Below are positions 15,748-24,170 of a DNA stretch of 24,170 nucleotides, piece by piece. The notes beneath the pieces are model-generated. The model was given only the letters and a program-made list of their open reading frames with translations, was not told the origin of the DNA and did no database searches. Origin of the DNA: an uncultured Candidatus Saccharibacteria bacterium (lineage in GTDB: Bacteria; Patescibacteriota; Minisyncoccia; 2-02-FULL-40-12; GWA2-44-9); assembly GCA_964502945.1 (NCBI GenBank), contig CAZCYM010000001.1, forward strand, positions 8,071-32,240. Reading direction: 5' to 3'. The first letter of the stretch is position 1. The number at the start of each line of letters is the position of its first letter. The position numbers were made by a program, and so were the translations under genes.

Positions 15748-16047
15748 TTAGCGATTAGGATATATACTTTCTTTGCTAGATAAGTGGCTGTATTTCAGCA
15801 ATTCCAAGTCGTGTGGCTCTGCAATTCGTACATCAAGTACGGTTGTTATCGAAGTGCTCCATCCAAGAGTAATGTTTTGGAAACGTTCTGCATATTCTCT
15901 TGCAGAAGCCTCGTCTCCCGCTTCTACAAGAAACTGCTCTATTCCGATTGGCTTCGATGGAGTTACTGTTCCATTCTTATCTGTGTATTTATGGCTTATT
16001 TTCTGAAAAGTAACGACAAAGTTCAATTTTTCGGATGCCCTAGCCAT
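15748..16047 (-). CDS. Hypothetical protein, 99 aa
   Basis: GAGGAG RBS upstream of the ATG and a terminator downstream; no recognisable domain. Confidence 0.65.
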   Translation of the reverse strand: MARASEKLNFVVTFQKISHKYTDKNGTVTPSKPIGIEQFLVEAGDEASAREYAERFQNITLGWSTSITTVLDVRIAEPHDLELLKYSHLSSKESIYPNR

Positions 16048-16253
16048 TTCTGCTCCTCTTTATCAAATAACTAAATCTTGTACTTTAAGATAACATAGTT
16101 TTCTGGTAAATAAAAGGCAATGCTGTTTCGTGAAACCGGTCGGAATAATGCAAACTAGAACTTCGGACTCTATCATAGTAATATTCTAAACTTGATTTCT
16201 GGTGTATCTTTGTTAAGATGATAGAATTATTATAACTAACCGGTACCTTGTGT

Positions 16254-16326
<73 letters not shown>

Positions 16327-16348
16327 CACAGGGCATCGAACATCTAAG

Positions 16349-17179
16349 GTGACTAAGCAGGCATTTAAGCAAAAGTGCATTGAACTTAGAAACAAGAGCT
16401 TTACTCTTGGTGAGATTGCATCAACTCTAAATAGACCAAAAACAACGGTCTATTTTCACGTAAGAAACATACCCAAAACAAAAAAGTTATTGGAAAAAAT
16501 AAAGATTATCCGCATTAATTCCATAAAAGGGAAGGGTCCTCAAAGAGGCAAAAGTCTACTGGGCTATAAATATAAAAAATTTAATCAATGGACTCCACTT
16601 CTTGTTAACCTAGTAGCTCATATGCTTTTTGATGGAGCGATAAAGAGAGAAGGCGTTTTGTATTATAATCGAAGCTCGGCACTTCTTAACAATTTTAAAA
16701 ATAAGATGACAACCATATATGATGGCAGTCCTAGGATTTACAAAAATGACAATGGCGTAGCGAGACTCGCGTATCATAATGTAGAGCTTGGGACTTTTTT
16801 TCTAAAAAAATCATCCGATTTACTAGACGATATAAAAAAATTACCGATTAATTTTCAGCTAGAGTTTTTGAAGGCCTTTTTTGATGATGAGGGGTCAGTA
16901 GATTTTAGGGGTATGAAGCGGCGAATTAAAGGATATCAGCACAATACAAGGATACTTCACTTAATTTACAAGCTTCTCGGTAATTTTAAAATTAACTCAT
17001 TCGTTGATGATCGTTTCAACGAGATTATGGTCACAAGAAAAGAAAATATAAAAAAATTTGCCGCGAAAATCAACTTTTCCAAAGGAGTGAGAATTAACGG
17101 CAAACGCTCAAATAGTATCTGGAAGAAATCTTTAGAAAAAAGAAAAATTCTTGCGGATCTTCTTACTTCTTACCAGTAA
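16349..17179 (+). CDS. HTH plus double-motif LAGLIDADG homing-endonuclease-like protein
   Basis: N-terminal HTH (FTLGEIASTLNRPKTTVYFHV); LAGLIDADG-like helices LVAHMLFDGAI and FLKAFFDDEGSV; starts 22 nt after the tRNA. Confidence 0.8.
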   Translation: MTKQAFKQKCIELRNKSFTLGEIASTLNRPKTTVYFHVRNIPKTKKLLEKIKIIRINSIKGKGPQRGKSLLGYKYKKFNQWTPLLVNLVAHMLFDGAIKREGVLYYNRSSALLNNFKNKMTTIYDGSPRIYKNDNGVARLAYHNVELGTFFLKKSSDLLDDIKKLPINFQLEFLKAFFDDEGSVDFRGMKRRIKGYQHNTRILHLIYKLLGNFKINSFVDDRFNEIMVTRKENIKKFAAKINFSKGVRINGKRSNSIWKKSLEKRKILADLLTSYQ

Positions 17180-17259
17180 AAGTCAAGTCATGGACTTCTT
17201 AAGCTTTTTATTATATAATATATACCGGTAAAGTTTTTTAAAAAGATACTGGAGTCGAG

Positions 17260-17760
17260 ATGAGGAAACCAACCAAAAGAGAGAATATTCTATTAGTCAT
17301 TCTTGTCATTGTGAGTCTTGCGAGTTTTTCTATCCATAAATATGCCCAAGCAAAGGCAGAGGAAGTGGAACAGCTTTGGGCCAAGTTTCAAATCGAATTT
17401 GCGGAAATTCAATCCAAGATCAAGTCAAGAAATAGCGTCCGTGAACCGAGCAATGGTGTAACCAGTTCTTTCCACGATGATATTTATAAGGACGGTATTT
17501 GGGTAAAAAACCATGAAGTCAGCCAAATCAAAGTAATTGACCCCGAGAAGAACATAGTCGAAGTGGCGACGATAGACAGTAAGGTGAAAATCATTTTCCA
17601 TACCGATCCTGAACATATGAAGAAATTTAATCTTGGCTGGCTAGCTCCGGTTACATTCGAATGTATAAAAATGATGGATGGTATTTGTGATTTTAAAAAA
17701 CCGCATACTCTGTATGTCGGTAATCAAAAAGTCGAATTGGTAGAAGTAGTGAAAAAGTAA
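17260..17760 (+). CDS. Hypothetical protein with an N-terminal signal/TM anchor
   Basis: GGAG RBS; basic N-terminus plus hydrophobic ILLVILVIVSLASF; terminator downstream. Confidence 0.7.
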   Translation: MRKPTKRENILLVILVIVSLASFSIHKYAQAKAEEVEQLWAKFQIEFAEIQSKIKSRNSVREPSNGVTSSFHDDIYKDGIWVKNHEVSQIKVIDPEKNIVEVATIDSKVKIIFHTDPEHMKKFNLGWLAPVTFECIKMMDGICDFKKPHTLYVGNQKVELVEVVKK

Positions 17761-17788
17761 AAAAAGCGATCCTTTCGGGATCGTTTTT
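17761..17788 (+). terminator. Intrinsic (possibly bidirectional) terminator
   Basis: AAAAAG-CGATCC-TTTCG-GGATCG-TTTTT. Confidence 0.75.
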
Positions 17789-17823
17789 AATTGGTTGAAT
17801 TTGTGCTAAAGTTAGGTTATAAA

Positions 17824-18663
17824 ATGTCTAAAGCCACAAAAGTAAAATATGTCAAACATTCAGCCGAAACCGTCTATATCGGAGAGTCTGTTGATTTGAA
17901 GAAAATCCAGGAAAACGTAAGGCAATATGCCTATCTTAATCGTGACCACCCCCTCGTTGTTCGTCTTTTAAAAGACCAGTATTCCGTATTGACCAAATTT
18001 GGAGCGGTTACATTTTGGGATGTTCCTTACCGTCTTCGCTTAGAATTTTTAAAAGAAATACGGCTGGTTGTTAAGAGCAAAAAGAGTTCTTACAATTACG
18101 ACGAAGATACTAAGGTTTTTGTCGGGGGAGATACAACCAAGATAACATTCGACAAAGTTTTTCTTCCAAAATTAGGCGTTCAAGAAATAAAAATAATTTC
18201 TTATGTTCTTTCTCAGTCTGTTGCCCTTGAGAGATATGAAGATGAGATAGAAACAAGTTTATCAGAAATAGGTACGATTGTAGAAAATTTAAAATTAACC
18301 GGCCAAGCAATGCTAACCGAGAAGCAGCTTCTTAAACAGATTGGTAATGCTTTGTCGGTAAAACAGACAGCGGTTGCTCACCTCTCATTATTTGATAAGC
18401 CAGAGGAAGTTTGGGAATCGCCAGAGTTAGAGAATCTATACAATCGGATGAACGCGGAGTATGAGCTTCAGGATCGTTTTGATGTTCTCGATGAGAAAAT
18501 CAAATACCTTTCCGATATTTCCCAGATGCTTATGAGTTTTTTGGCCGAAAAACAGAATGCTTTTCTGGAGAAGATTATTATAGTATTAATAGCCATAGAT
18601 ATAGTTATCTGGTTCATCCCGCCATTTCCTGAAGTAGCAGCATTTATCAGAACATTGTTTTGA
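17824..18663 (+). CDS. RMD1/DUF155 family protein
   Basis: FGAVTFW, LSQSVALERYE, LFDKPEEVWESPELENLY, RFDVLDEKI, and C-terminal LEKIIIVLIAID. ATG 17824 is preferred over the TTG at 17791. Confidence 0.85.
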   Translation: MSKATKVKYVKHSAETVYIGESVDLKKIQENVRQYAYLNRDHPLVVRLLKDQYSVLTKFGAVTFWDVPYRLRLEFLKEIRLVVKSKKSSYNYDEDTKVFVGGDTTKITFDKVFLPKLGVQEIKIISYVLSQSVALERYEDEIETSLSEIGTIVENLKLTGQAMLTEKQLLKQIGNALSVKQTAVAHLSLFDKPEEVWESPELENLYNRMNAEYELQDRFDVLDEKIKYLSDISQMLMSFLAEKQNAFLEKIIIVLIAIDIVIWFIPPFPEVAAFIRTLF

Positions 18664-18664
18664 T

Positions 18665-18768
18665 GAATTAATTTCTAATTTACAATTTACAATTTCCAAT
18701 AAATTTACAATGAATCAATGAAACATTGAAAATTCAATGAAAATTGAGAATTGATAATTGAAAATTTC
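18665..18768. repeat. 7-nt-period inverted heptamer array between the RMD1 gene and ddl
   Basis: Left arm AATTTCT/AATTTAC/AATTTAC/AATTTCC; right arm ATTGAAA/ATTGAGA/ATTGATA/ATTGAAA. Confidence 0.8.
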
Positions 18769-18771
18769 ATC

Positions 18772-19788
18772 GTGTCTAAAAAGTTACTCAAAGTCGGTGT
18801 CTTAATGGGCGGACCATCGTCTGAGCATGAGGTGTCTTTGGGTACTGGAATGAGTGTTGTCGAAAATTTAGACAAGTCAAAGTACCAGGCCGTTGGCATT
18901 ACAATAACTAAAGATAAAGAATGGTTTGTTGGAGACAGGAAAATGACCGAGCGAAAAGCTTTGGCAAATTGCGACATAGTTTTTAATGCTCTTCATGGTA
19001 CATTTGGTGAAGATGGCCGAGCTCAGGCTCAGTTGGAATATTATGATAAAAAATATACCGGTTCTGGGATTACTGCCTCGGCTCTGGCTATGGATAAATT
19101 AAGAAGCCGGGAAATGTTCAAGCTAGCTGGACTTCAGGTTCCCAAAACTTTAAAGATAAGAAACGGAGAGAATTATCAGGCCATACTTAGCGTTTTTACG
19201 AATAAAATTGCCGGTTTTCCCGTTGTCGTTAAGCCGTGCTCAAACGGTTCTTCAGTCGGAGTCTCTATCGCAAAAAATGCAAGTCAGTTAAATAAAGCCC
19301 TTGAATCGGTTTTTCAGGTTGAGAAGAAAGTACTCGTCGAAGATTTTATTGAAGGAACTGAAGTAACCTGTGGAGTGCTGGAGGATGGTCAGTTAGTTTC
19401 TGCTCTACCGGTGACGGAAATAGTTCCGAAAATGGGACATAGATTTTTTGATTATAACGCTAAGTATAAGAGCGGTCATTCAGATGAGATTACTCCTGCT
19501 AGAATAGACGAAGACACAACCAAAAAAGTTCAAGAGATCGCGGTCAAAACTCACCAGCTTTTGGGGTGTAGAGCTTATTCGAGAACTGATATGATAATAA
19601 AAAAGCCCTTCGACCCCCTTCGACAAAGCTCAGGGCAAGCTGCTCAGGGCGAACACATAAGCTACGTGCTCGAAACTAACACTCTTCCCGGATTGACTTC
19701 TAACTCTCTTTTACCGAAGGCCGCCCTTGCCGCTGGATTGACCATGAGCCAACTAGTTGATAAAATAATTGAAAGTTCTTTGGTATAA
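18772..19788 (+). CDS. ddl: D-alanine--D-alanine ligase
   Basis: VLMGGPSSEHEVSL, FNALHGTFGEDG, MDKLRS, VKPCSNGSSVG, FFDYNAKY, RTDM, LETNTLPGLT. GTG 18772 is the likely start (the ORF is open from 18751). Confidence 0.95.
   Translation: MSKKLLKVGVLMGGPSSEHEVSLGTGMSVVENLDKSKYQAVGITITKDKEWFVGDRKMTERKALANCDIVFNALHGTFGEDGRAQAQLEYYDKKYTGSGITASALAMDKLRSREMFKLAGLQVPKTLKIRNGENYQAILSVFTNKIAGFPVVVKPCSNGSSVGVSIAKNASQLNKALESVFQVEKKVLVEDFIEGTEVTCGVLEDGQLVSALPVTEIVPKMGHRFFDYNAKYKSGHSDEITPARIDEDTTKKVQEIAVKTHQLLGCRAYSRTDMIIKKPFDPLRQSSGQAAQGEHISYVLETNTLPGLTSNSLLPKAALAAGLTMSQLVDKIIESSLV
19605..19654. repeat. Nested REP-like palindromic insertion within ddl
   Basis: CCCTTCGAC occurs twice (19606-14, 19616-24) and GCTCAGGGC twice (19628-36, 19642-50); encodes PFDPLRQSSGQAAQGE. 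Confidence 0.75.
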
Positions 19789-19841
19789 AAGAAGAGGGGG
19801 GATTGGTGTCTTTGATAGGTCTACCACATAGGAGTCTATAT

Positions 19842-20021
19842 ATGCTATTGGGCCATAGAGTAAACTGTATTCATGCTTGTCACTGTAGTTGTCATACATC
19901 CAGAGCGGTTCATATCATGGCTTGTTGTACAATCTGCCCAGCGTGCAAAGGTTTCGTTCATTCCCTCGATAACCATTTAAAAGATTGTCACCCCTCTTAC
20001 ACGGAGAATGTTGATAAATAA
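19842..20021 (+). CDS. Small Cys/His-rich putative metal-binding protein, 59 aa
   Basis: AGGAG RBS 7 nt before ATG 19842; 9 Cys and 8 His (CHCSCH, CC..CPAC, H...CH); terminator downstream. Confidence 0.7.
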   Translation: MLLGHRVNCIHACHCSCHTSRAVHIMACCTICPACKGFVHSLDNHLKDCHPSYTENVDK

Positions 20022-20030
20022 TTTATGCGT

Positions 20031-20055
20031 AGCCCGATAAGGGCTTTTTGTTTTT
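20031..20055 (+). terminator. Intrinsic terminator
   Basis: AGCCC-GATAA-GGGCT followed by TTTTGTTTTT. Confidence 0.65.
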
Positions 20056-20222
20056 ATAATTTCTATGGTAACATTCAATCATGCCCAGTATAGCCACTTC
20101 GAAACGATTTTTATAATGCCTTAAGGTAATGCTGGGTATTGTTTTAAAATAGAGATTACTTTGTTTAATATTGGTTGTAATTAAAATCGTCCAAGGCATA
20201 ATTCGAAGTAATTGTACTGGGT

Positions 20223-21683
20223 ATGCAACGAACTCTAGTTTTAGAAACTAAAGACCTTGTCGGTGCCGAAGTTAATCTTTTTGGTTGGGTTAATGTCCGG
20301 CGAGATCATGGAAAAATAATTTTTATTGATTTACGCGATAAAAGCGGGGTGGTTCAAGTTGTTTTCGGTCCGTGGATGGCTTCGATGGACTCACCACAAG
20401 CAAAAGAATCTTATGAACTAGCTACTCAACTTCGCTCTGAATGGGTTATTCGAATTAAAGGCAAGGTCAAAGAGCGTCCTGAAAAAATGGTAAATCCCGA
20501 GATTGAAACCGGCAAAGTCGAGATAGAACCCTTAGAATTAGAGATTCTCAACAAGGCCGAGACTATGCCTCTACCAATAGATACTGATGGCTACGAAATA
20601 AGTGAAGAATCAAGGATGCAGTACCGCTATTTAGACATTAGACGCCAAAGACTTAATAAGAATTTAATTAAAAGACACGACCTCATTCATTTAATAAGAA
20701 ACTGGCTTTCGGATGCCGGATTTATAGAAGTCGAGACGCCGATACTTACGAAATCAACTCCCGAAGGGGCGCGTGATTATGTTGTCCCATCTCGATTATA
20801 TTCTGGAAAATTCTATGCTCTTCCTCAATCGCCTCAACAGTACAAACAACTTTTAATGGTTGGTGGGTTGGAGAAATATTTTCAGATTGCTCGTTGTTTT
20901 CGCGATGAAGATACTAGGGGTGATCGTCAGCCGGAATTTACCCAGCTTGACTTGGAGATGAGTTTTGTTGAACGTGAAGATGTAATGGAGTTGAACGAAA
21001 AACTTTTAATCGAGATTATCCATAAATTATATCCGAACAAAAAAATCCAAGAGATACCATTTCCCAGAATTAGTTATAAAGAAGCGATGGAAAAATATAA
21101 TTCTGACCGACCAGATCTGCGTAAAGATAAAAACGATCTCGACTTGTTAGCTTTATGTTGGATAATAGATTTTCCATTTTTTGAAAAGTTTGAAGAAGAA
21201 GTGCCTGCACTTCGAAGCTCCGAAGGAGCGAAGAAGTGGACTTTTACTCACAATCCTTTTTCAGCACCGAAGCCGGAATATATGGAGCATCTGTTGAAAA
21301 AGGAGGAAATTGGCGAAATTCTTACCAGTCAATACGATGTTGTTCTAAATGGTTTGGAGATAGGCGGTGGCAGTATTCGTAATCATAGGCCCGAAGCACT
21401 AGAAAAAGTTTTTGAAATAATGGGCTTTGAGAAGAAAAGAATAAAAGAAAATTTCGGTCACATATTAAGTGCTCTAGGTTATGGTGCCCCTCCTCATGGT
21501 GGGATTGCTTGGGGCTTGGATAGATTGGTTTCTATTCTGCAGAGTGAACCGAATATTCGAGAGGTAATTGCTTTTCCCAAGACAGGAGATGCTAGGGATT
21601 TAATGATGGATTCGCCGTCAGAATTAGATAAAAAACAGCTTAAGGAACTTCATCTGAAGATTGATCCAGCCGAGTCGGATTGA
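20223..21683 (+). CDS. aspS: Aspartate--tRNA ligase, short form, probably non-discriminating (Asp/Asn)
   Basis: RRDHG (His typical of non-discriminating AspRS), YALPQSPQQYKQLLM, ARCFRDED.RGDRQPEFTQLDLEMSF, GAPPHGGIAWGLDR. At 486 aa, the GAD insertion is largely missing. Confidence 0.96.
   Translation: MQRTLVLETKDLVGAEVNLFGWVNVRRDHGKIIFIDLRDKSGVVQVVFGPWMASMDSPQAKESYELATQLRSEWVIRIKGKVKERPEKMVNPEIETGKVEIEPLELEILNKAETMPLPIDTDGYEISEESRMQYRYLDIRRQRLNKNLIKRHDLIHLIRNWLSDAGFIEVETPILTKSTPEGARDYVVPSRLYSGKFYALPQSPQQYKQLLMVGGLEKYFQIARCFRDEDTRGDRQPEFTQLDLEMSFVEREDVMELNEKLLIEIIHKLYPNKKIQEIPFPRISYKEAMEKYNSDRPDLRKDKNDLDLLALCWIIDFPFFEKFEEEVPALRSSEGAKKWTFTHNPFSAPKPEYMEHLLKKEEIGEILTSQYDVVLNGLEIGGGSIRNHRPEALEKVFEIMGFEKKRIKENFGHILSALGYGAPPHGGIAWGLDRLVSILQSEPNIREVIAFPKTGDARDLMMDSPSELDKKQLKELHLKIDPAESD
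21208..21238. repeat. REP-like hairpin inserted in frame in aspS
   Basis: CACTTC-gaa-GCTCC-gaa-GGAGC-gaa-GAAGTG; encodes (A)LRSSEGAKK(W) between DFPFFE and WTFTHNPFS. Confidence 0.65.
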
Positions 21684-21692
21684 AAAATAGCC

Positions 21693-22631
21693 ATGCGATT
21701 AAAAGTCTACTCTGCAACAATTACGATAATTGTTCTCTTTGCCATAAATATTTTTTTGGTTGTTAAAAACTCTCAAGACATTCCCTTAAATGATTTGATG
21801 CCTCTAAGCGTCTCAAGTTCTCGAAGGCAAGCCTACGTTCTGTCCATATCGGAGCCAAATTATATTCCCATTCTCAATGCTAATATTCCTAAGCCGATGA
21901 TAAGCGGCAAGTCAGCCCTTATTTATGACACTGACTCCAACAGGTTTTTGTACGAAGAAGGCACTGATTCTAAATTGCCGATAGCTTCTCTTACTAAAAT
22001 TTTAAGTGCGGTGGTTGTCCTGGAAAGACTTGATCCAAATGATATCGTAACCATTACTGAAAAATCTATTAAAGTAGACGGAGAAAAACAGGATTTATAT
22101 TTAGGCGAGAAGTTAACCGTTAGAAATCTGCTTAAGCTAATGCTTATAGAATCTTCCAACGATGCCGCTTATGCCCTGGCCGAGCATGCTAAGAATCTAG
22201 ATATTAATTTCGTTGACGAGATGAATGTCAAAGCTCGAAATCTAGACATGCGCGACTCATATTTTACTGATCCGGCCGGTTTGGATGATAACGCCTATTC
22301 AACGGCGAGAGATCTGGTAAAATTAGTACAGTACTCTTTGAATTATAAAGAAATTTGGGATATATCTGCCGAGAAAACGGCGATTGTGGAATCAAGCGAT
22401 GAAAGAATCAAACATTCTATAACTAGTACAAATCGGTTGCTCGGATTAATCAAAGATATTATTGGGGGTAAAACTGGATATACAGATGGGGCCGGGCAGT
22501 GTATGATATTGGTTGCTAGCATTCCCGATTATCCCGGTAAAATAATAAGCATTGTTCTTGGTTCAAATGACAGATTCGGTGATACCCAGAAATTAGTCGA
22601 GTGGACTAGGGCGGCTTATAGATGGAAATGA
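21693..22631 (+). CDS. D-alanyl-D-alanine carboxypeptidase (peptidase S11, low-molecular-weight PBP)
   Basis: SxxK (ASLTK), SxN (SSNDA), KTG (GGKTGYT), and an N-terminal TM anchor. Confidence 0.92.
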   Translation: MRLKVYSATITIIVLFAINIFLVVKNSQDIPLNDLMPLSVSSSRRQAYVLSISEPNYIPILNANIPKPMISGKSALIYDTDSNRFLYEEGTDSKLPIASLTKILSAVVVLERLDPNDIVTITEKSIKVDGEKQDLYLGEKLTVRNLLKLMLIESSNDAAYALAEHAKNLDINFVDEMNVKARNLDMRDSYFTDPAGLDDNAYSTARDLVKLVQYSLNYKEIWDISAEKTAIVESSDERIKHSITSTNRLLGLIKDIIGGKTGYTDGAGQCMILVASIPDYPGKIISIVLGSNDRFGDTQKLVEWTRAAYRWK

Positions 22632-22632
22632 G

Positions 22633-22668
22633 TCAATTAAAAATTAAAAGTTTAAAATTTAAAATTGA
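22633..22668. repeat. Short A-rich heptamer array directly before mraY
   Basis: AATTAAA-AATTAAA-AGTTTAA-AATTTAA-AATTG. Confidence 0.65.
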
Positions 22669-23738
22669 GCGATAGCGTATTTACAATTTTTAATGTAGTT
22701 CGTATTTTTGCTGTCGGCACAGTAGCTTTTTTTGTTACTCTTTTTATAACTCCATTGTGGACGAAAATTTTATATAAATATCAGTTAGGCAAAGAAGTGG
22801 TTCGTCATGAAAATGCGCCAATTTTTTCAGAACTTCACAAGAAAAAAGTAGGCATTCCGACAATGGGCGGAGTAGTTATTTGGGCAACGGTATCTATATT
22901 AACTATCGGTTATTGGCTGTTGGCTAAAATATATCCCAATACCGCTCTTGGCAGTATCAATTTTCTTTCTCGAGGTCAGACTTGGGTTCCTTTTGCCACT
23001 TTGATTATTGCGGCACTTTTCGGGTTGCTTGATGATATGCTCGGTGTTTTAAGGAAAGGTCCGGGAGGCGGGGGATTAAGAATGCGTGATCGTTTAATAA
23101 TGTATGCTATTGTTGGTGCCGGTGGGGCTTGGTGGTTTTATACTAAACTCGGTTGGGATTTTGTAAACATTCCATTTTTGGGTGATTGGACCATCGGTTG
23201 GCTATATATTCCATTTTTTATTTTTATAATTGTTGCCTCGGCTTTTTCAGCTAATGAGACAGACGGCCTTGATGGTTTAGCGGCCGGAGTTTTTCTTACT
23301 ATGTTTGGGGCTTATGCGGCCATTGCCTTTGATCAGGGCAGAATGGATTTAGTCGTATTCTTGGCAGCGATAATGGGTTCTTTAATTGCTTTTTTGTGGT
23401 TTAATATTTACCCGGCCAAGTTTTTTATGGGCGATACCGGTTCAATGTCACTTGGAATAACCCTTGGGGTTGTGGCGATGTTGACCAACACCCCCTTCCT
23501 TCTTATTCCCATCGCCCTTATTTTTATCATGGAATCAGGTTCGGTTATTATCCAGCTTACATCTAAAAAATTCCGCAAGAAAAAAATATTTCTTTCGACT
23601 CCAATCCATCACCATTTTGAAGCTCTCGGCTGGCCGGAAACCCAAGTCACGATGCGCTTCTGGATGATTTCCGCAGTTGGGGCAATAATAGGATTGATTA
23701 TATTCTTAGTTGATAGTAAAATTCCCCCCTTGTTTTGA
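22665..23738 (+). CDS. mraY: Phospho-N-acetylmuramoyl-pentapeptide transferase
   Basis: KKVGIPTMGG, GLLDD, NETDGLDGLA, NIYPAKFFMGDTGS, PIHHHFE. Confidence 0.95.
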   Translation: MSDSVFTIFNVVRIFAVGTVAFFVTLFITPLWTKILYKYQLGKEVVRHENAPIFSELHKKKVGIPTMGGVVIWATVSILTIGYWLLAKIYPNTALGSINFLSRGQTWVPFATLIIAALFGLLDDMLGVLRKGPGGGGLRMRDRLIMYAIVGAGGAWWFYTKLGWDFVNIPFLGDWTIGWLYIPFFIFIIVASAFSANETDGLDGLAAGVFLTMFGAYAAIAFDQGRMDLVVFLAAIMGSLIAFLWFNIYPAKFFMGDTGSMSLGITLGVVAMLTNTPFLLIPIALIFIMESGSVIIQLTSKKFRKKKIFLSTPIHHHFEALGWPETQVTMRFWMISAVGAIIGLIIFLVDSKIPPLF

Positions 23739-23779
23739 TCGAATTTTACATCTAATTTAATAAATGTTACACTTACAAA

Positions 23780-23971
23780 ATGCCCCAAGTTATTACAAAT
23801 AAAAGACTGGATAATACTATCGGAAACCTTATTAAGGAAATGAGGGAACTTAAAGATAAGATAGATAAGTTTACTAGTTTAGTACCCGAAGAAAGCATCA
23901 AAGAATATAAGAATTGGCAGGAGATAAAAAAGGATTTTTTTTCCGCATTTAAATCTCACCCCCAAGGATAA
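23780..23971 (+). CDS. Putative antitoxin, 63 aa
   Basis: Small ORF whose TAA overlaps the ATG of a RelE-like toxin (TAATG at 23969-23973). Confidence 0.6.
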   Translation: MPQVITNKRLDNTIGNLIKEMRELKDKIDKFTSLVPEESIKEYKNWQEIKKDFFSAFKSHPQG

Positions 23972-24170
23972 TGAATATCCACAAGATGCCAGTTTTTGTT
24001 AGGAAGCTAGAGAAGCTGCCAAAGGAAGTCAGGAGGTTATATAGAAGACAAGAATCTCGTTTTGAAGATAACTGGCTTAATCCTCTTCTGCAAACTAAGA
24101 AATTAAAAGAATTATCTGGAGTATATTCTTTTCGTATCACCCGCAAATATAGGGCTCTTTTTTATTTTAA
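23971..24170 (+). CDS. RelE/ParE-family toxin, runs off the window end
   Basis: Hand translation MNIHKMPVFVRKLEKLPKEVRRLYRRQESRFEDNWLNPLLQTKKLKELSGVYSFRITRKYRALFYF..., with the RelE-type SFRIT..YR motif. Absent from the ORF track because there is no stop in the window. Confidence 0.8.
   Translation, partial: MNIHKMPVFVRKLEKLPKEVRRLYRRQESRFEDNWLNPLLQTKKLKELSGVYSFRITRKYRALFYF

Overview
AT-rich bacterial chromosomal segment read in genetic code 11 (TGA, TAG and TAA all end genes). The gene families point to a CPR/Patescibacteria (Parcubacteria-like) genome; this is inference from a short non-discriminating AspRS, a sigma70-r4/HARE-HTH protein, a PaaX/Cas2-like protein, a lone VirD4-like ATPase and 7-nt-period AT repeats. 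Housekeeping genes are secD (split by one in-frame TAG), secF, ddl, aspS, a D,D-carboxypeptidase, mraY, an RMD1-family gene and tRNA-Lys(TTT). Accessory genes include an acyl-CoA ligase, an M16 peptidase, two RecB/PD-(D/E)XK nucleases, an HD phosphohydrolase, a tRNA-adjacent LAGLIDADG protein, one apparently intact and one decayed RelE/ParE-type TA module, and a Cys/His-rich mini-protein. The most striking feature is a 177-aa wHTH+Cas2-like gene bracketed tightly by two loop-less, perfect 50-bp palindromes (3553-3602 and 4146-4195). They share the core CTTTCGTACGAAAG, differ only by symmetric changes, and sit between two RecB-family nuclease genes. The window also has a MITE-like element, REP-like hairpins inserted in frame in conserved enzymes, heptamer arrays, and long structured leaders before aspS and the sigma-r4 gene.
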